From: Candidatus Omnitrophota bacterium
GTDB taxonomy: Bacteria > Omnitrophota > Gorgyraeia > Duberdicusellales > 4484-171
DNA length: 58,529 nucleotides
Direction of reading: 5' to 3'
Assembly (NCBI GenBank): GCA_014729775.1
Contig: WJJJ01000016.1
Span: 1 to 58,529 of the forward strand
Position numbers and translations under genes: made by a program. The notes beneath the pieces were generated by a model. The model did not search any database. It was not told where the DNA came from and worked only from the letters and a program-made list of their open reading frames with translations. Shown here in pieces: positions 55,005 through 58,529 of this stretch (its first letter is position 1; each line of letters opens with the position of its first letter).

Positions 55005-58000
55005 ATGCGAAATTTACGGAAGAGGTGCGTCCTGAACCGTGTTTTTTTCATTCTCGCCTCTATGTGCGCGTGTGTCTGTAATATTCCCTCGTTCGCGCAA
55101 AATACCGACTCGACCGAATTTATCCTGATGGACGAACTGCAGTCTTTGCGGAAAGAGAACGTGAAACTTCTTTCCGATCTCATCCGTCTCAAAAAAGAAC
55201 GCGAACAGCTCGTGAGCGATCTGCGGGCGGAATTAAACCGGACGGAACAAGAGAAGAACGCATTGGAAGCGAGGCTACGTTCTGAGATCACCGATTTAAA
55301 AGGGGCCGCGGAAACGTTAAGGACCCGGTTGGCACAGGCGAAATCGGAAAAGACCGCTTTGGCCTCGAACATCGGAGGAGAACTCGCCGCGCTTCAGAAA
55401 CGGGAAACGGAACTTCAACAGGAGTTAAATCGGACCAGGCGGAACAGGGAAGAGACTCTTGCGGAATATGAAAATCGCATTGCCGCGTTACGCGACCGGA
55501 TTGCTTCCCTGAAGCAGGAAGCGGAAACCGCGCAGCGACGGCTTCGGGATCAGCTGGCGCAGACCGAACGGGAGCATGCCGAAACGGTGCAGACCCTGCA
55601 AGAAAAGCTTTCTCAAGCCCGGATGACGGAGCAGGCCGGAGAAAATCTGCGAAACCAAATCGCCCGACTGGAGGAAGAGAACCGAAGGATACGCGCCGGT
55701 TACAAATCCGAGCTCGACGATCTCAAGTATGCCGCTTCATCTTTACGGGAACAGCTGGCAAAGGCCAGGGAAGCAAAGGAAGGCAGAGACGCACAGCTGC
55801 AGGCTTTGCAGGAAAAGCTGGAGAAGGAAACGGCACAGGTAGAGGCGCGGAAGGCGGCATTGCGGCAAGAATATGAAAGCGAAATCCAAGTTTTGCAGGG
55901 CACCGTGGAAGATTTGAACGAGCAACTTGCCCGTACGCAGCAGGAGTTAACCCGGGTCGAAACGCAGCTCGCGGCGGGAGACGCGGCTTTACGGGACCAG
56001 AGGAATAACCTTCAGGCCCGGTACCAGCGCGAATTGAACGAGATCAAGGCGAGGGCCGAAGAGATGCGGGTCAAAGCCGAGGAAAACGCTCGTGAACGGG
56101 ATGCGCTTCAGGAGCAGCTGCGCACGGTCAGCACTCGTTTGCGCTCATCCATCCAGGCGCTGGAGGAAGAAAAAAGGGAAGGCGAACGGCACGCCAAAAA
56201 AAGCGTTGCCGAAGCCCGACGTGAAACCACACAACAGCTCGCGGAACTGCAAAAGGAAATATCCGCGCTGAAAGAGAAAAACCGGGAACTGGATGAACTG
56301 AAAACCGCCGCGCAGGAAAAACTCAAAAGAGATGTGGCGGCATTGCGAACGGAATACGAGAGTAAAATCGCTTCTTTGACCGAGACGCTGAATGAGGTGC
56401 GCCGGGAAAGCATACAGGTTTCTCAAAAGCTCGCCGATGAAGACGAGAAATTCAGGGAAGCCGAACAAAAATATCTTGCCCAAATCAAGGGACTGAGCGG
56501 ACGGGTCGAAGCGCTTCAACAGGAACGTGCCAGGATACGCGAGTCTTTCGAGAAACGTCTCGCCGAACTTCAAAAGGAGCAGGACCGGCGGCGGGCCGAA
56601 CTTCGCGAGGCCGCAGACCGATATAAAACACGCGCGCAATCCGCGCAAGACCGTCTTTCCGAGCAGAAGGATCTCGCGCGGAAACAAAGTGAACGCATCG
56701 CGGGCTTGGAACAAGAATTGAGTTCGCTGACCGCCGCTCTGCGGAAAACGGAAGAGGAGTATGAGCGGGAACTGGCGGCAGTGCAAAGGACGCAGTCCGC
56801 ATCCGAAGCCAAACTGCAGGCTCAGCTGCGGCAGGTACAGGAAAATCTCGCGGGGTTGCGAGAAGAAAAACGAAAGGTCGAAGCAGATTTGCAGGATGAG
56901 CTTCTTTCTCTGGAACGGGCAAAGGCAGAGAGCGAAGGGAGACTGAGATCAGAAATCGAAAACCTGAAAGATACCCTGCAGACCGTTCGAAACCAGCGCG
57001 AGAAAAATGAGCAGGAGTTAAAAACTCAACTGGTGCAGTTGGAACAGGAAAAGGCCGAGCTCGAAACCTCGTTGCGTGCAGAACTCAGCAAAGCCCGCGA
57101 TGCACTGGCTCGGTTTAAGGAAGCGCGCCAACGGAGCGAGGAAGAATTACAGTCCCGGCTGGCGGAGGTTCGGGCGGAAAATACGCGGACCCGTTCACAG
57201 CTGGCGCAGGCAGAGGACAGGCTCGCCCGCGCATCCGCGCGCGGGGAAAAATTACAGGCGGAATTGGACGAGACGTCCGCCAAGTTGAATAATACTGAGA
57301 CTGCGCTTGAAAATACACGGCGGGAAAAAACGAAGGCCGAAACCGAACTCGGGTCGCGGATAAGTAAATTATCGGAACAGCTGGAAAAATTGAATGCCCG
57401 GTACGCTGCGGTGCGCGAAGAGAAGGAAAAAGCGGAAAAAGAATTAGCCGTACAAATTTCGGATTTGCGGAATGCAAAACGAAACAGCGAAGGGGAGTTA
57501 AAAGAAGCACTCAACAGGATTTCCGCCGAAAAACGCGATGCGGAAAAGCGGCTGCAGGAAAAGATCAGCGATCTTGCGAAGCGTGTCGAAACACTGCGGG
57601 AAGAGCTGGCGGAGGTGCGTAAGGAGAAGGCGGCGGGCGAGAGCCGGCTGACCGGGCGGATCGAAGAGCTGCAGCAGCAGTTGAGCGACGCGCGCCGGGT
57701 CAAGAATAAGAGCGAAAGGGAATTCAGCGCGAAACTCGAGGAGGTAAGAGCCGCGGCAGAAACAAAGGAGCAAGCTCTTCGCCGTGAAGTGAACAGAATT
57801 GCGACCGCACGGGACAGGACAGAAAAAGAGCTCCGGGCCAAAATCGACGAGCTCGTACGCGCCAAGGCTGACCTGCGGGATGAACTTTCTCAGGCGGAGC
57901 AGACATTGCAGACCCGGGTGACCGCTCTCCAGAAGGAGCTTGCCGACGCGCGGGCGGTTTTGGAAAATACGAAAAAAGAAAGCAGCTCCGCACAGGCCGG

Positions 58001-58529
58001 GTTACAGCGCCAAATTCGCGAACTTACCGCGGAAAGAACGTTGGCGCAGGATCAGCTGGAAGTGGTCCGGGGAGTGCTCAGCGAAAAGGTGCAGATACTG
58101 TCCCGGGAGCTTGCGGGCGTTCAGAAAGAATTGAGCGATGCCCGTGACCGTCTTGTGGCAACCAGGTCCGCGCTCCAGGAACAGCTGGACACAAAGAACG
58201 CGGAACTGAAAAGAGCGGCAGAAGCCTTAGCCGCCGTCCGCCGGGAGAAACAGGCGGTTGAAAAACGATTAAAGGATCAGATCGAAACGGTATCCGGACA
58301 GCTCGATGCTTTGTCCGCAAAACACGCGGCGCTACGCAACACGAAAGCGGAAATCACACGGGACTTTGCCTCATTGCAGGAAGCCAAAGCGGCCAAGGAG
58401 ACCGCACTGCGCAATGAACTGCAGCAGCTGGCCAAGGCCAAGCAGAGCGCCGAGCAAGAGCTGACGGGCCGGATCAATGAACTGTCCACGACGGCGGAGA
58501 CACTGCGGGAAGAGCTGGCGCAGGTGCGT
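55005..58529 (+). CDS. giant exported coiled-coil protein, partial (at least 1175 aa; not in ORF track)
   Basis: SD GGGAGG, signal peptide ending SFA-Q, continuous E/L/A/R/K/Q heptad-like sequence; last codons TLREELAQVR are in frame and no stop is seen before the window edge. Confidence 0.9.
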   Translation, partial: MRNLRKRCVLNRVFFILASMCACVCNIPSFAQNTDSTEFILMDELQSLRKENVKLLSDLIRLKKEREQLVSDLRAELNRTEQEKNALEARLRSEITDLKGAAETLRTRLAQAKSEKTALASNIGGELAALQKRETELQQELNRTRRNREETLAEYENRIAALRDRIASLKQEAETAQRRLRDQLAQTEREHAETVQTLQEKLSQARMTEQAGENLRNQIARLEEENRRIRAGYKSELDDLKYAASSLREQLAKAREAKEGRDAQLQALQEKLEKETAQVEARKAALRQEYESEIQVLQGTVEDLNEQLARTQQELTRVETQLAAGDAALRDQRNNLQARYQRELNEIKARAEEMRVKAEENARERDALQEQLRTVSTRLRSSIQALEEEKREGERHAKKSVAEARRETTQQLAELQKEISALKEKNRELDELKTAAQEKLKRDVAALRTEYESKIASLTETLNEVRRESIQVSQKLADEDEKFREAEQKYLAQIKGLSGRVEALQQERARIRESFEKRLAELQKEQDRRRAELREAADRYKTRAQSAQDRLSEQKDLARKQSERIAGLEQELSSLTAALRKTEEEYERELAAVQRTQSASEAKLQAQLRQVQENLAGLREEKRKVEADLQDELLSLERAKAESEGRLRSEIENLKDTLQTVRNQREKNEQELKTQLVQLEQEKAELETSLRAELSKARDALARFKEARQRSEEELQSRLAEVRAENTRTRSQLAQAEDRLARASARGEKLQAELDETSAKLNNTETALENTRREKTKAETELGSRISKLSEQLEKLNARYAAVREEKEKAEKELAVQISDLRNAKRNSEGELKEALNRISAEKRDAEKRLQEKISDLAKRVETLREELAEVRKEKAAGESRLTGRIEELQQQLSDARRVKNKSEREFSAKLEEVRAAAETKEQALRREVNRIATARDRTEKELRAKIDELVRAKADLRDELSQAEQTLQTRVTALQKELADARAVLENTKKESSSAQAGLQRQIRELTAERTLAQDQLEVVRGVLSEKVQILSRELAGVQKELSDARDRLVATRSALQEQLDTKNAELKRAAEALAAVRREKQAVEKRLKDQIETVSGQLDALSAKHAALRNTKAEITRDFASLQEAKAAKETALRNELQQLAKAKQSAEQELTGRINELSTTAETLREELAQVR

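Noticed and set aside
54965-58489. Minus-strand and short plus-strand ORFs in the last 3.5 kb
   Set aside because: They are shadows of the long open plus-strand coiled-coil frame starting at 55005.
55005-58529. SMC or tape-measure protein
   Set aside because: No N-terminal Walker A motif, a signal peptide is present, and there are no phage genes nearby.

Overview
Chromosomal window from a GC-rich diderm bacterium; gene content and style suggest the PVC superphylum, possibly Omnitrophota (inference only). Most of it is housekeeping: tRNA-Gln(CUG), glnS, gltX, a four-subunit 2-oxoacid:ferredoxin oxidoreductase, dxs, ymdB, rny, birA, hup, rlmN, rpmH-yidD-yidC, parAB, ndk, comM and accA. Notable features: (1) a c-di-GMP-I (GEMM-I) riboswitch interrupted by a 62-nt structured insertion, followed by a terminator and controlling a small putative regulator plus a 1670-aa repeat-rich two-partner-secretion adhesin; (2) an AT-rich integron cassette array with three attC sites and no integrase in the window, carrying a RAYT transposase as a cassette and a poly-A-frameshifted secreted protein; (3) rnpA absent from the rpmH-yidD junction; (4) six variant parS sites in front of parA; (5) many apparently leaderless genes; (6) an uncharacterised envelope cluster with a sigma28-like promoter, FliT/FlgN-like, YaaR, LysM and TPR proteins and a secreted coiled-coil protein of at least 1175 aa that runs off the window and is missing from the ORF track. 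All calls were made by eye from motifs; no database searches were run.
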